Positions 1-13,600 of a stretch of DNA of 64,000 nucleotides are shown here, piece by piece. The position numbers and the translations under genes are program-made. The stretch lies in the NCBI GenBank assembly GCA_002269645.1, contig NIVC01000496.1, positions 1-64,000 of the forward strand. The letters run 5' to 3'. Every line of letters starts with the position of its first letter. Position 1 is the stretch's first letter. The notes below the pieces were generated by a model. The model was given only the letters and a program-made list of their open reading frames with translations, ran no database searches and had not been told where the DNA came from. Source of the DNA: Macrostomum lignano (lineage: Eukaryota).

Positions 1-329
1 GAGACGAAGCTGGCTGAGACTGCTGTTGCAGCTGCCGCTGCTGCGGCAGCTGCACCGCCTTTGTGGAGGCTGCCGACTCTTCTTCGACACAACGCTTGGC
101 GGATTCGCTGCCTCCAGCGACGGCCAGCGGTCGGACACGGCGGCGGCTCGGACTGAGTGGAGGCCGTTCCTGTCGTCAGCGAAGGCCAGGCGCTTCTTGT
201 GCGACTTGTCACTCAGCCGCATCTCCTTCTTGAGTGCTGGTCGTCCGGGCTTTCTTGGGCTGTCGCTTCTGCCACTGCTGCCACCACTCCGCTAGGTGCA
301 GACTTTTTGTTAACAGGGTTCTCAGACAT
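1..329 (-). CDS. Possible coding fragment running off the window edge; unknown protein with a PP1-docking-like KKRLAF motif
   Basis: GC-rich block next to AT-rich DNA. The minus frame from 291 reads RSGG...PGRPALKKEMRLSDKSHKKRLAFADDRNGLHSVR and is open to position 1. It could follow a TAG acceptor at 292-294, or join ATG329 (MSENPVNKK...QES) with one extra base. The frame is ambiguous. Confidence 0.3.
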
Positions 330-3300
330 TGGCGCTAGAAATACGATTAGTGTGGCTGACATGAACACAAAACACAAAAAATGTTACTAAGATCTTAAAA
401 ACAGAAAATTTTAACATAATTTATGCAGCATTGATTGTTCTTTCATTGAATTTCTCAAGGTTTTAAAGTAATGAAAGCATCGAAAATTATTATTTATTTA
501 ATGAGTTTACTTTGAACTCGAATTAAATATCTAAAACATTTTAACTATTAACAAGGAATGTAAAGAGATAAGGAAGGATAGATACAAAGGAAGATAGATT
601 TAAATATATAAATTTAAATTTAAATTTAATTTAATTTAATTTAATTTAATTTAAATTTAATATATAAATTTAATGACGCACAAATAAGTATGGTCTAATA
701 GCTTAAATATCGAGGCAAAATTTAGCAATTTTTTAGAATCTTAACCCTTGAAATCTTCGTCAATGGAATTCTATCTATTAAAATTTATTAAAATTCTAAT
801 TAATGAACTCATACTTAATAGAATCCAGTTGGTGGAATCGTAGCCCATAAAATTGAAATTAATAAAATCTTATTCAGTAGAACCTGAGTAAAAGAAATCC
901 TATCAAATTCATTTTTTGTTGTTCAAAAAAGCAGTTTCTTAATCTGGAGATAAAGTATTCAAATTTTTATTAGTTAAGTTTCTGCTAATATTTAATATAT
1001 ATTAAATTATATTGCTACCAGCATGACACTAAAAAAGTATTTGTCTATTTACACTGCTGGCACAAGCAGATTGGGGGCATATGAAACAACTACTTTGGCA
1101 GAGGCTGGGACTAGAAGGGACTAGAAAATGGGACTAACAATTTTTTGGTAAAATACTATCTACTGTCTTATCACTATCTGCTCACTTTTTGGTCTTTACC
1201 CCCAGGGTCTGCCTCTGGGCTTGTGAAATTTCTGGTTGTACTCCCCATGTCTCCAATCCTCCCAACTACCTAGATGTTATTTAGAATATATGAAATTTCA
1301 ATGGAAATTTAATTATGATAAAATTTAATTTTTTCATTATATCTTTCTGTAAATTCATTATATCTTAACATCTTTCACACAAGCTAGTTCATATAATCTA
1401 ACTAAAGATCGAATCATATTTTTCTATATAATTTAAAATTTACTTTTCCTTTTTTTTTACCATAATACATTTGCTAGTTAGAAATCTGAAACTAGAATTT
1501 GTGCATTCTTGATTTAAAGTTGGATTTTGTGGTAAAAGTAAGAGATTATATAGTATTATTCTCAACAAAATTACTATGATATTAGATTAGAACACTACGA
1601 ATAAGGTCTAAGTATTCATAATCAGAATCCTTGTATTATATTTTGTAATTTTAATTTGATAAAGGATTGTAAAGACGAATGAACAACTTATAATAATCTA
1701 CAAATGAAAAGCTTCTAAAATTTTCAATAAATTGCAATAACATATACAATCATATGCATTGTTATTGCTATAGGCTGAAAGTAATATTATTACCAAGTGT
1801 TGTCCAGGCTATATTGTGTTCCATTCTGTTCGGCATTGTATCTAACAATTCTAGCAGGAGAGGGGCTTTTAGGTTTTAGTTTGATAGCGAGATATGAGTA
1901 GTTAGCAAATTATATGCATAATAAATATATTAAAATATGTCCACTACTAAATGGTCACATTTACAACTGGACTTGAAATTCTTTTTATTATCGCTGGTTT
2001 TAAATTTCCGCTTCAACAATTACACGAGCCGCGATACAACAAATGCATTAGAGGGATAATATTTTTTGTATCTATGTATTTTGTTTCGATTGCTCTGTGC
2101 ATTGGAAAAAAACTAAAAAAATATTCACAACTGACTCGTTTTAGCCTTGTTTCATCAACTAATTTAATCGTCATTCGTCATATTGTAACAAACACTAAGC
2201 GAATTTTGGTAATTGTGCTAATTAAAACTGCAAAGACGAACCATATGCTCCGGCCAGCACCAAGTTACTGGATTAAAAGCTTATAGTTATTATTAAATAA
2301 TGCACATTAAAAGTTATAGTTCATTGATCATGACGATCCACATTCTGATACTCAATTTAATTAGTAGTATGCCCTAAGCAATGTTGTGCAATCGTGCCCT
2401 TTTTGCTCTCGCACCAAGCCCCAACTCTTATAGTCGGCTTCAACCCTCCAGTTTTCTCAATCAGTGAATACACTGATCACGCCACCTCACCCCTCATTCA
2501 CCCTAACCGTACTGTAAATTTGCACTCAAATTAGAATTAAGAAGGCGCCCAACACAATAGATATTTTTAATTGGCAACATGTACGAGTAGATGTACGAGC
2601 TCGTACTAAATATAAAAACGCTCTTAAAGTGTACGTAGCTAGGACGCTTCATTCGGCTTTCTTAGAAATACATGTAAGCTGCTGGAGGATGGTCATTATA
2701 AGAACGTATGCATGACGTATTTAATATTCAACTCTCTACAACGCGATTTGCGAGTGTAGCGTCCAACTTCAGTTTATTTGCTCATGTCTCAGACTCGAAA
2801 ATCTATAGTGGGTTTTAGTCTCGGTCTAAACAATCTAAAACGCTAAAAAATGACAAAACTGCTACTCTGGATCTTTGCAGAGCCTCGATTTACGAAGTAA
2901 GCAGTTCATTTGGACCACTCATTTGCATTGCAGTAGCGTATGCTCTCTGTGTAAAATTTGCTCAAACGTGGAGAAAATTAATGTGTATTATTTTATTCTT
3001 ACAGTGTATATGGAGATATCATGAATGTGGAAACATCGCATTAAGGACTTAAGTCGACCTTAGTATATGCTTTGCTTGTGCACGTGCTTGTGTCGGGATT
3101 ATAAATATTTCACGTAGTGCATATGCATGCAGTAACATATTTAAAGTTGCTTTTCAGTGTTTTGTGGCAATTGGCAAATATGAGTAAAAACGAAATAAGA
3201 AGTATTAAGCGGCTATTAAGTTCATCGATAAAATTTGCACCAAGAAGTGCAATAATAGGCAAATAGGCAAATTTACGCACACTGAATTCCGTTCTTGCGA

Positions 3301-3621
3301 GCGATCGCTGCGAAGAGTACAGCTAGACCCTTAAAAAAAAATTTCCAACTAGCGATTTGCAACAGCATCAAGTTCTTACCGCTTAAAACTTTCCTAATGT
3401 TGATAGTCTAAATTTGTAGAGAGCGTCCATTTTCATTGCCTACACTCTGCACCGTGGACAGTGTAGAGTTACATGTACAGAGGACGGCTACAAAAACCAA
3501 GAGAAACCGACCATTGCAGTTAAGTAAGGTGCGCATTCAATCTTACAGCAAACCCAGACAAATAAAATCACAAGGACGAAAAGCTCCATTAATCCGCACG
3601 GTTCAGCCCAATGTCCAATGT

Positions 3622-4932
3622 TCAGCTTGCGGCTACTTGCTGCTGTTGCGGCTGCTGTGGCTGAGGCCGACGGCGCGTCGGTGCTGGTTCGTCTCTGGAC
3701 TTCGGAGTGAACACATCCCGGTTTGTGGTGGCGGCAGCCATAGGCTCCCGGGAGAGCTCCAGTTCACCCTTCGGCCTCACGGGTGCCGGCCGCTCGCCAC
3801 GCCGCGCTTCGAAGTCCTGCTGGGCGACAGTGCGGGCGGAAAAAGGCTCCGCTGTGCCTGAGTTGAGCTGCAGCTCACTGGCGTGTCGAATTGGTTCCCG
3901 CCGGGACTGCTGCCGGCTTGTCTGCGGTGCGAAGTCGCCCCTCTGGGTGGTCTCGGCTGCGAAGGCACCAGCAGGGATGCTGAGCTCCCGCGCGGCACAA
4001 TTGGTTGGCGCTTGGCAGCCACGGCGCCACCGACGCCAGCTGCGGCTCCATACTCGGCGTTGCTGCCGGCACCACGGTTCACCATGGGCTCGGTGGACAT
4101 TTGCAACTGGTCCGAGTGCCGCACTGGGCGGGCCCGCTCTGAGCCGGGAGCGGTGGTGGCAAAGTCACCAGCGTACGAGGAGCGCGCAGCAAACGGGACC
4201 TCAGGCGGCTGGTACTGCCTGTTGGGCTTGAAGCTGGCCGGCTTGGCGTCAGAAATCTGGGCTCGCTTGTAGCCAGGGAAGCTCTCCGTCTGCTCCGAGT
4301 GGCCTGCGAATGCAGCATTGGGATCTCGCAGTTGTCGGTGCTGCGACTCTGGCCGGATTGGCGGTAGGCGGACTCGGGGACCGCTGTTGGCGAACTCGTT
4401 GGAGTAGGTGGTGCGCAAGTCCATGCTACCCTCTGGCCTCTCGTAGGCGGGCTGTTGGTGTCGGTAGCGCGGCTGAGCCTGCCAGGCCTTGTAGGCATCA
4501 CGGCTGCTGGACTCGCCGTTGAACGGGCCTTCGGCGCGCTCGATCTCGTTCTTCGGCCGGATCGGCTGCTGCCGCTCTGTGGAGTGCAAGAGACGCAGAC
4601 TTTTACTAGAATCGTTTTTCACTATACATACTTCGTACCTATATAGCTTAGCTACCTAGCTAGTCGGATCAAGATTAGACAGAGCAATTTTCCCAGCCTT
4701 TTCCCCTACTAGTAAAATCCTGTGCCCTCTCAAGTCTTAAAAACATTCCTAAGGTGTAGGTGGATTTGTTTAAACTGAATTTCAGGTAGTCTAATTCCAT
4801 AGTCAAAAGTCTTTGGGACATCAAAATGCAGAAAAGCGACTTACCGCCTTGCTTGTATTGAAAGTCAGCACGGTTCACGGACTCCGATTGAAACGATTGA
4901 AACGGCTCGGTAGGTGGCGCAATCCAGGACAT
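3622..4932 (-). CDS. SAXO/MAP6 (STOP/Mn-motif) axonemal microtubule-stabilising protein, ~347 aa, 2 exons (4932-4845, 4576-3622), with a 1-nt frameshift near 3988
   Basis: Phase-1 GT-AG intron joins ...ADFQYKQG to ERQQPIRPKNE. Repeated units such as SSSRDAY, TTYSNEF, SSYAGDF, TTQRGDF, TVAQQDF and TTNRDVF, each preceded by P(I/V)RP/H..L, match SAXO-type repeats. Repeats continue in a second frame after PIVPRG (ELSIPAGAF...) to TGA 3622-3624. The start codon is uncertain. Confidence 0.75.
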
Positions 4933-5185
4933 TCTGGCGGGCAAACTGGGAAGATAAGCAGATCAATGTATCCACAGGATGGGTATTTCTACAGTCGCAG
5001 CAGATGCGCGGAATCCGTGAGTGGCGATTTATACATCCGAGACCCGCAGAGGGACTGTCTGTGCAGGCGGAAATATAAAACTCTCAGTGTCCTTCAAAGC
5101 GTCGCAAAGGACTGGGGGAGAGGGGAGAGCAATTGGGTGGAGGGAAGGGCAGGTCGGAGAGAAGCCATCGGCAGGAGCGCGCCCG

Positions 5186-5199
5186 GTTGCTATGGCAAC
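5186..5199. promoter_or_regulatory. RFX X-box
   Basis: GTTGCTATGGCAAC is a near-perfect match to the GTTGCCATGGCAAC consensus, ~250 bp upstream of the SAXO-like ATG. Confidence 0.7.
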
Positions 5200-5407
5200 T
5201 AGCAGAGAATTGGGGCGCGGGATACAGGGGAAGAGAAATCGATTTTCTCCTGAGTATAGAGAAAAGGGGGAAGGAGGGCGTCAGTAGGTACTCAGTTCCT
5301 GCTAAGCCGAGCGACTGCAGGGGGCGAGACAGGAAAATACAAAGCGCCGCTCCACACAATCAGCAGGAGGAGCGGGCGAGCTGGCAGTCAAGCAGGGACA
5401 GATTTCA

Positions 5408-5421
5408 GTAGCCATGGCAAC
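5408..5421. promoter_or_regulatory. Second RFX X-box
   Basis: GTAGCCATGGCAAC, ~480 bp upstream of the SAXO-like ATG in a GC-rich promoter-like region. Confidence 0.6.
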
Positions 5422-6398
5422 TGGCCAGGCCGTGTGGCACTGAAGGCGCGAGTGCGAGGAGGCGGAAGCGTGCGACTTGAGCAAATCCAATTAGAGCTGC
5501 TGAGAACAGTGAGAATCGGTCCCGGAACTGAGCACTGTCGCAAAAGAGAAATAACTAATGGCCAGCATAGCACCGTCAGGTGGAATTGATTGCGATAAAA
5601 CGCGGGCGCAGCGGCGCACGTTAAATGAAATCCGAAGCGAGGCGATTCGCAACGCAATATTGCAGCCAGTGTATTTGCGGGAAGCTTAAAAACAGGACAA
5701 AATGCAGGCCGCGCAAGGCGAAATGCAAGGGCAAACGGACCAGCGCGAGCACAATAGAAGGGCGCACAGCACAAAGAGCAAAGTTGCACGAAAATGAAGG
5801 GCAAAAGCAAGTAAAAATCAGGCAAGAACAAAGCGGGCTCAGCAGGTTCGATGCGGCATTCAAGTGGCAGATTAGCACAGGCAGGCTAAACAGGCCAGCA
5901 AGCGATAGAAAGAAGGGGATACCAAAAGCAGAAAAAGCACAGAAAATAATGCAGATAACTGTACTGGGAAAGGCTATAACAATATAAATGCTACTGACGG
6001 CAGTTCAGAACTGGCCAATGGGGCAAAGGCGGTGCAAAAACGCGAGTGGTGCTGCTCATCAATACAAAAAAAACAAACTCTTGGAAGCGAAACGAAGCGG
6101 AAGGAGGGAGCTGGCATGGAGAAATGTGGGCGAATCAAAATAATTTGGGTAGAATAATTTTTAATATAACAGGAATGCAGCCGCACGCCACAAAGGCGAA
6201 TGCAGCAGATGAAAGCGCATGAACTCACGAGCTCACAGAGCTAACAGACAGTCCCCAGATCTTATAAAAAATAAATGCGACTGCCAGGGGCCAGAAACTG
6301 ATTACTAACAGTAGTTAGTGCACAGAGCTGCATGTGAAACCCAAAATGTAAAAATACAAGCAAACTCAGAAGCAATATAAAAGCAAACTTGGCTCAGC

Positions 6399-8359
6399 TC
6401 AGCCCAGGTAAGAAAGAGAGTGGGCGTCTAGCAGGTCATAGCAGAGGCAGTGGAGCAGCCGCTGCAGGCTGAGCCTGCGCAGAGGGTCCGGATGCAGCAG
6501 CGCAGTGACGCACTGGTACAGCAGGGAGTCCATGTCGGCCGGTCGGTCCACTTCGCCGCGCTCTAGCAGCCGCAGCCGCGCCTCGCCATCACTGGGGCTG
6601 TCCGTGGACTCCGGCACGTGACCGCCCGCGGCCTCGAACACGCACAGACCCAGGGAGAAATTGTCCACCAGACGAGGGTCCGGGTGCCGTCCGAGGTCCA
6701 GGGCGTCCATTGGCATGAAGCGGCCGTTGCCGTCCTCCAGGTTCTCCAGGTCAGCCGTGTCCCTGGCATGGCCGAAGTCGCCCAGCTTGAAAAGCAGCCG
6801 CTCCCGGAGGTCAGGCATCATGGCAGCCAGCCTACCGTGCCGCTCCGACAGCGGCATCGCAGGTGGCAGGCTGGCCCTCGGTGCCCTGATGAGGATGTTG
6901 CTTGTGCTGCAGTCCAGATGGGCCAAGCCCTCAGAGTGCATGAAGGCCAGGGCGCTGCCGATGTCCCGCACCAGGTGGCGCAGGCGCTCGTCGGGCAGGC
7001 GGACGCGGCAGGCGAGGTACTGGCGCAGCGCCAGGCCGTTGCAGTACTCCAGTTGGATGTACAGTCGGTCGAACTGCACCCAACAACCGTAGTACTCCAC
7101 TATGTTGGGATGGCGCTCACTTAGCCCGGCCATCGCCCACACCTCCTAAAATTCGAGCGAGTTCGAATTGCATGCCACAGGGATAACTACCTGGCCTCCA
7201 CCATACCGCAGGGACCACCAGAATGCAACTCATGCCACAGGGATAACTACTTGGCCTCCACCATACCGCAGGGACCACCAGAATGCAACTCATGCCACAG
7301 GGATAACTACCTGGCCTCCACCATACCACAGGGACCACCAGAATGCAACTCATGCCACAGGGATAACTACTTGGCCTCCATCATACCGGTGACCACCAGC
7401 ATGCAAATCATGCCAATATGGGATAACTACCTGGCCTTCAGCGTGTCACAGACCTCCAGAAAACTTACCTGGATGCCCTCCTTGGCCTGAGCAGAGGCGC
7501 TGGGACCGTCACGAGTTTTTTGCGGCAGGGCGGTCTTGAGGCAGTACACCCGGCCGTCCAGCCGGTTGATGGCGGTGAACACGAAGCCAAAGGAGCCGCT
7601 GGCAACGGCCCTGGTGTTGTCCTCATCAGTGAGGTCGAACTCGGTGTAAAGCCGGTCGGAGTTCAGCAGCCGTTCGTCCATCAGCCGAGGCGCTTGGCCC
7701 GGCGTCAAGGCGAGTTTCCGCCTGCCTTCGGGGGTGCACCGGTTGATGTTGGAACCGGACAGGCAGCGGATGGCCTGGCAGTTCCTGTACATGTGGCTCT
7801 GCTCACTGCGCACACTCAGCAGCAACTCCGGTGCCTGCGGGCCCGACTGGCCAACTGGAGTAGCGGGCGGGGGCGGCTGCCGCTGCTCGGGGCTCGCAGA
7901 TGTTTCGCTAGCGTCATCGTCGAAGCGCAGCACCCGACAGACGTCGGCACCGAAGGCCAGCTTTGCCGGCGCTGTTCGCAGCAACTGCAGCTCCTTGCGC
8001 CGCGTAAACATGACCTCCTCCATCTGGACGGTCTCAAAGAACTCCTGCTCTTGCTCCTGCACAGCAGTCAGCTGCCATTGCTGCTGATGGCCGGCCAGCT
8101 GCTGAGGCACAGCCGAGTGAGCCAGGCCAGAGTCGCAGTACTCCACCTGCTCGACCGCGTTCGGTGACAAATCCAGGTCGGGATTCGAGCAAGAAGACGA
8201 GCTGAGGTATTCCGTCAGGTCCTGGCGAGGCGTTGAGGCACTCTTGGTCGGCTCAATGGAGTGGAACAGTGCCATGCAGGGCGGTTCGCCGCGGTCCTCG
8301 CAGCCCGAGGTGTCCATGAGACAGTTTTCAAATGACAAATCAGCCGGTCGTGACTCCAT
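6399..8359 (-). CDS. wee1-like: Divergent Wee1/Myt1-family protein kinase, 545 aa, 2 exons (8359-7469, 7145-6399)
   Basis: Phase-0 GT-AG intron joins AKEGIQ to EVWAM. Wee1-like motifs: DRLYTEF, ASGSFGFVF..INRLDGRVYCLK, HPNIVEYY..W, YIQLEYCNG, HLDCSTSN, FKLGDFGH, EDGNGRFM, DNFSLGL. Confidence 0.85.
7168..7400. repeat. 60-bp intronic tandem repeat, ~4 copies
   Basis: Unit ATGCCACAGGGATAACTACCTGGCCTCCACCATACCGCAGGGACCACCAGAATGCAACTC lies inside the Wee1-like intron. Confidence 0.9.
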
Positions 8360-11300
8360 TGCTTTCTGCAAGCAAGAATTGCTGGTTGGTGCAAGCAAGA
8401 GTTTACAAGTGAAACGAGAGTTTCAACCAAGTGTAATTTTAGCTGTACAGTGTTTTAAATCTATAAAGGCCTTAAAGAAGGGTTAAAAAACTTGATTTAA
8501 ATTTTAAAGCTAGTTGAAAGGTAAAATTCGATATAAAAGCATGCTAAGACGTCAAAGAAAACTGGTCATGCATGCAAAATAAAATTTTCAGTTTAAGCCA
8601 ACTGTCTTTAGTATCTTATAGTGAACAATAGGGTTGTTAAAAAGCCAGATGCCTAAAAAAGTCGATGAGGTAACAGTTGATATGCTAAGATAATGGTAGT
8701 AAGGCCTATGGGAAGTCTTAGTTAAAAGGCTAGGAATAATTTCTAAAACAAATATATTGTGTCTTATTATGCATTTATCCAAGTGTCTACAAAATAATGT
8801 ATTTTTCATATGCATAATACATATACTTGTACCAACAAAATTTTGCACAATTTTTAAAAGTAAAAGCATAATTATGATTGTTTAAAATTAAAAAAAAATT
8901 CGAAGCTTTGATAGAACAACCTGACCTTATAGTACTTTTCTGCTTATTCATTTTTAGGTATATTTTAAAATACCAAAAAGTATTTTGTCTACAAAAAAGC
9001 ACAAAAATGATATAGTGGTACAATGGTATAGCTAAGATAACAATAGGATTTCTTTAGTCTTGTAGTGGGATTTGTAGAGTTAAGATGTTTTAATTGCTTT
9101 ATAAGCTTTTTAGAATACACATAAGATAAATGAACAGGTTTGTAAGCTTGAATACAGTTTTATTTTTGCTTAACAATTTAGAAGTAAGGTCTGGTTATTA
9201 TACTAATAGCTATCAGCTCATCACCTTTGAAATATAGTTTAGTACAAAAGCAGCATTTTTTTTCTAGAAATAAGAAGCTATTTTTATATTTCTATGAACT
9301 ATAATTATTGCTACTTTTGTTAAGATAAATGTGGATAATCAGTAGTTATAAACTTTTATATCTATGTTTTGGTAGATATTTTCAAGGATATAAATTTATC
9401 TATCATTTCACTGTACATATTCTTAGGCATGACTTTTGGACTTATGGTAAGCATATATAGTACATTATAGAACTGAACTGTATGGAATCTGCCTTGTTTG
9501 TAAAAATGGACAAAAAAGGACAGCATCAGCTTTTCAAATTATTACATATTATTACAAATTATTATTACAATTGTTTCTAATGCAATTGCAATTGGTAAAA
9601 GTAGTTATTTTACTCAATAAACACTACTACTACAATATAGCAAAAAAAAACAACAAACAAGGAAGCTGAAGTCTAGGAAATATTCTAGATATTCTAGATG
9701 AATCTAGTTTTATATTTTTCAAGTTTTTCTATAGATATCTAAGAAGTCTGAGTGCATTCAATCAAAACTACTTTCACTACTTGTTGCTAGCTTATTGACT
9801 TACTATAAGTCTATAGTTGAGTTCCTACAACATTCGTTTAAACTTTTGTTTGCATTGCATGTTTTTTTAAAGATATTAAAGTTGATATAGAAATGAAAGT
9901 TGCAATTATAAATTTGTGTAAAATCCATACTTACAATGATGTCCTTTTGCCAGGAAAATTCTGATGCACAGAAGCCTTCTCAGGCTTCTCAGCACATGTG
10001 GCATAGATGGCATAGTTGCAACATAGTGGCATAACATAATGCAGACTGTGCAATATTTAAAATGTAGCATATCAAATATAAAAGAAAAAGCATATTTAAA
10101 TTAAAAATCTATGTATTAGACTATGTTGGAATATAGTTTAAATATTTTAATTTTAGAAAAAAATAAAGAGTTTACAATTTTTTTTTGTCTTTATCACCTT
10201 AAAATTTACATACTTTAGTAATTTCATTGGACAAATATAGCAATATAACTAAATATATATTTCAACAAATGTTAGCTTATAATAATATAGACTGGTGCAT
10301 ATCATCATCCTGTATCTATCTATTATTTTTTATCTATTCTGCTTTATATTACATAACTAAATAGGAAAAGTTTCTATGTATGTATATATATGAGCTATAT
10401 ATATAAGTATTGTATGTATATAATCAATTTTAAAAGATTTATCCAACCATTTTTTCAAGCTTGCACTTTTAATCAAAAATTCTTATGAATTAGTACAGTT
10501 CTCTTCGCTAAAAGATTGCTCCATTTTAAAGGGATTAAGTATAAAAAGCATGCCTTTTTGCAAAGGTCAAGTAGATTTTTTTCAAATTGAAATACATTAT
10601 AAGAATGTTGGAAAAAAAACTGACTGGCTAATTTTTTTTTCTAAAAAGATTGCATCCTAACTGGATTGTAACTTTAACTTAAATTGTGCTACTGTGTTGA
10701 AAACACAGTGTGGAAAGATAGCACAAGACTTGATTTAAATGGAGTAACACATTGTTAACTTCAATTGAGACTGATACCAACTTCTTGAGAAATTGATTGT
10801 CAACTGCTTTGTGTGATATATTCTTAGCTTTGAGTATTGAAAGTGTTGAATTATTTAGAATTATAAGCGCTACAAAGATAGCCCAAAGGTGAACAGGCTA
10901 AACTACTAATGTAGCAAAATGGGTTCAAATTTTTAGTCTAGAGTTTTTTATTAAAACTTCTTTACTGTCAAGAAACTAAAGAACACTTTAAAAGAAGCAT
11001 CATGTAAAACATTAAAAATGAATCAAGTAAAGCATAAAAGAAATGCCATGTAAAAACCTTATATATAATCTTATTTACACTATTGTATACATTTTAGTAT
11101 AGTGTACATCATTAGTATATACAACCTAGCACTTAAAGTCAACTTGAATGAAAAATGCACTTACACATTCAAATAATTATAAAAATGTAAATGGACCCAA
11201 GATAATTGACAATAAATATATTGATTTTAAGCTCCAAGCTCACTAACAATTAGGTATCTTTTCTTTAGCTTTAATGAGTCTAAGGTACACCTCATTTTCC

Positions 11301-12619
11301 TTGACTTTTTATGAATTCATAAAATCATAATAAACTCATACTTAATATATTTAATTTAATTTGAATTGTTGAAGCCAAGTATTACTAAGGTACATAATCA
11401 CTTAAACAGAAATGCTAGTGTGCAATGATTCTTGCACCAAAATGTGAGTATCTATGTTTAGAAGTTTGGAACAATTCAAATTGATAATGCATTTGTAAAG
11501 CCCAGCACAAAATACAACAATACCTTTAATATTGTAACTGTAGCTTTTGTAAGTTCTTCTTTTTAATGGATATTTAAAATTTATATCATATTAGCAATGT
11601 AGTGCCATCCTTTGGGGTGTTCAATAAGCAAGAAGCAAAAATTACTCATGCAAATCTATAAAGAAACATTTTCTTGAGAAACAACTTTTTTGGTTTTGGC
11701 TCATTCCATATAAGCATGGTCGTAACATGACAGGCTATTTTTACTTATAAAATGAAATATAATAATAGAATATACTAAACCAATATTTTAAATGAAAGAT
11801 AATTTTGTCAAAAATATTTTTATAGAGTTTCATGTAGATATCATCATTAGTATAGATGCTATTAAACCTTGAATGGCACTTATGGTCGTAACAACAGGAT
11901 TTTTGACATATAGAAACTAAAAGGTAAAAGTCTTATAACATTTTTATTTTTGATATTTTGCAATACATTTTTTAAAATTTGACTAAGAACATCTTTAGTA
12001 ATCATACTCTTTTTGTAGAATATATAAACTCAAAAAGGCAACAAAGATACAAAAGAAAAGGCAGCCTTATGGTCGTAACATTATGGTCGTAGCATATTTT
12101 TTTCTGTCAATTTAGTAACTTTGAGGTACCAATATATTAAAAATATAATAGATTATTTGGTCACCAATACTTTTATCTGATGATGCAAGTACTATACTTT
12201 TATCTATAGTTTGTTTCAACCTTCCAAAGCTTTCTATTTGTTTTTAAAAGGTACACAAACTTAATGATGTCTTTTGCTTAGAAAAATGTTTAAATTTTTA
12301 CAAAAATGACATTTTGCCACTTGATAGCATACTAATCTAACATTTTATCATTCATTTATTCTTAGATTGTAGATATTACACATAAAAAACATTTGGTAAA
12401 AAAATTGGCTGATAAGGCAATGGCAAGCAAAAATATTGACTTTTTTCTATTTTCCAAAAATGTCCATCTTATATGGAATGAGCCTTTTATAGATTATCTT
12501 ATTCAAGTAAAATTGTCATAGACAAAGATGTTTGCTAGGCCTATGAAACTTTTGTTATCTAAAAGTAAATAAGTATGCAACAAAATAAAGCCTTCAAAAA
12601 AATAATATATGTTCTCCCT

Positions 12620-13600
12620 AAGTTGAAAACATTCCCCAGATGGCAAATATCACCTAGATAGCAAGCAACCCCAGACAGCAAGTATCTACCGATAGCAAGC
12701 AACCCTAGAAAGCAATCATCCCCCAATAGTAAGTAAGCATTTCCTAATAGCAAGCAACCCCAGACAGTGAGACAACAAGTATCCTCTAATAGCAAGCAAT
12801 CCTAGATAGCAAGCATTCCCAGATAGGCCTAGCAAGGGTATAAGACCAAGATGGCCACACACAAAGATGGCCACAACATTGAATCTCTTTGTCTGTGCTG
12901 TCTTTTTATCATTAATTAGCAACATAGTAGCTATTGTTATATTAATTATTATGTTTAATCAATCATATTCATAAATATTGATGCAATAGGCCTAATAGAT
13001 TTGAAACTAATTACCTATAATACAAAAACTTTAATCTTTTTCTGTGTTTTTGCCCATTTATTCCCTATCATTACATCTATCAAATCTATCACTATCTGTT
13101 TATTAGGAAACTATTGCTACTAGTAATGCTAGGGGCCTATACAAAAATTAAGATGAATATACAAGGCAAGGTATTTATTTTGTGTTAGGCTACTTGCTTG
13201 GTGTAGTGAATAAATAATAAATATATATATAAGCTATAAGCTATAATAAAAGCTAAAGCCAAAGGAATGACTAAAAATATAATATAGGGGCCTAATATAA
13301 TACAATTCCAATATAGGCCTAGCATCTTTTTAGCATCTATTTCTCTAATTATTACCAATAGGAAATAAGTGAAATATATAGACCTGGGCTTATTATTATC
13401 TATTAAGACACTTAGAGCTGTGGCCATCTTGGTGTGTGGCCATCTTGGTCATGCGCCCTAGCCTAGCAAGCAACCCAAAAAGCAATCATCCTTCAGATAA
13501 TAAACATCCCCTAAAAGTAAGTACCTCAAACAACAAGCATCTCCCAATAGCAAACAACCCTAGATAGCAAGCATCCCTCGACAGCAAGCAACCCCAGACA
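12620..13600. repeat. Degenerate 17-bp minisatellite (GATAGCAAGCATCCCCA type) split by a TIR element
   Basis: GATAGCAAGC units occur at ~12620-12830 and ~13465-13600. The same family recurs at 20930-21965. Confidence 0.7.
12835..13459. mobile_element. Non-autonomous TIR element (MITE), ~625 bp
   Basis: Imperfect ~40-bp TIRs containing GACCAAGATGGCCACACAC(A/C)AAGATGGCCACA. Flanks GGCCTAGCA and AGCCTAGCA give a 9-bp TSD with 1 mismatch. Confidence 0.65.

Noticed and set aside
1951-2286. Short ORFs in AT-rich DNA (also 8588-9023, 13185-13427, 23165-23497 and 60075-60373)
   Set aside because: Low-complexity composition, no motifs, and no credible splice pattern or codon bias.
3980-3995. Programmed ribosomal frameshift in the SAXO-like gene
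   Set aside because: There is no slippery heptamer. The same +1-base deficit recurs in other genes, so an assembly error is more likely.
3707-4522. Plus-strand ORFs over the SAXO-like gene and similar antisense or alternate-frame ORFs over Wee1, AMPK, polycystin, LINE and Rab2 exons
   Set aside because: They are shadow ORFs from GC-rich codon usage and contain no recognisable motifs.
11700-12100. Dispersed TTATGGTCGTAACA motifs as transposon subterminal repeats
   Set aside because: No TIR or TSD could be defined, so an element cannot be supported.
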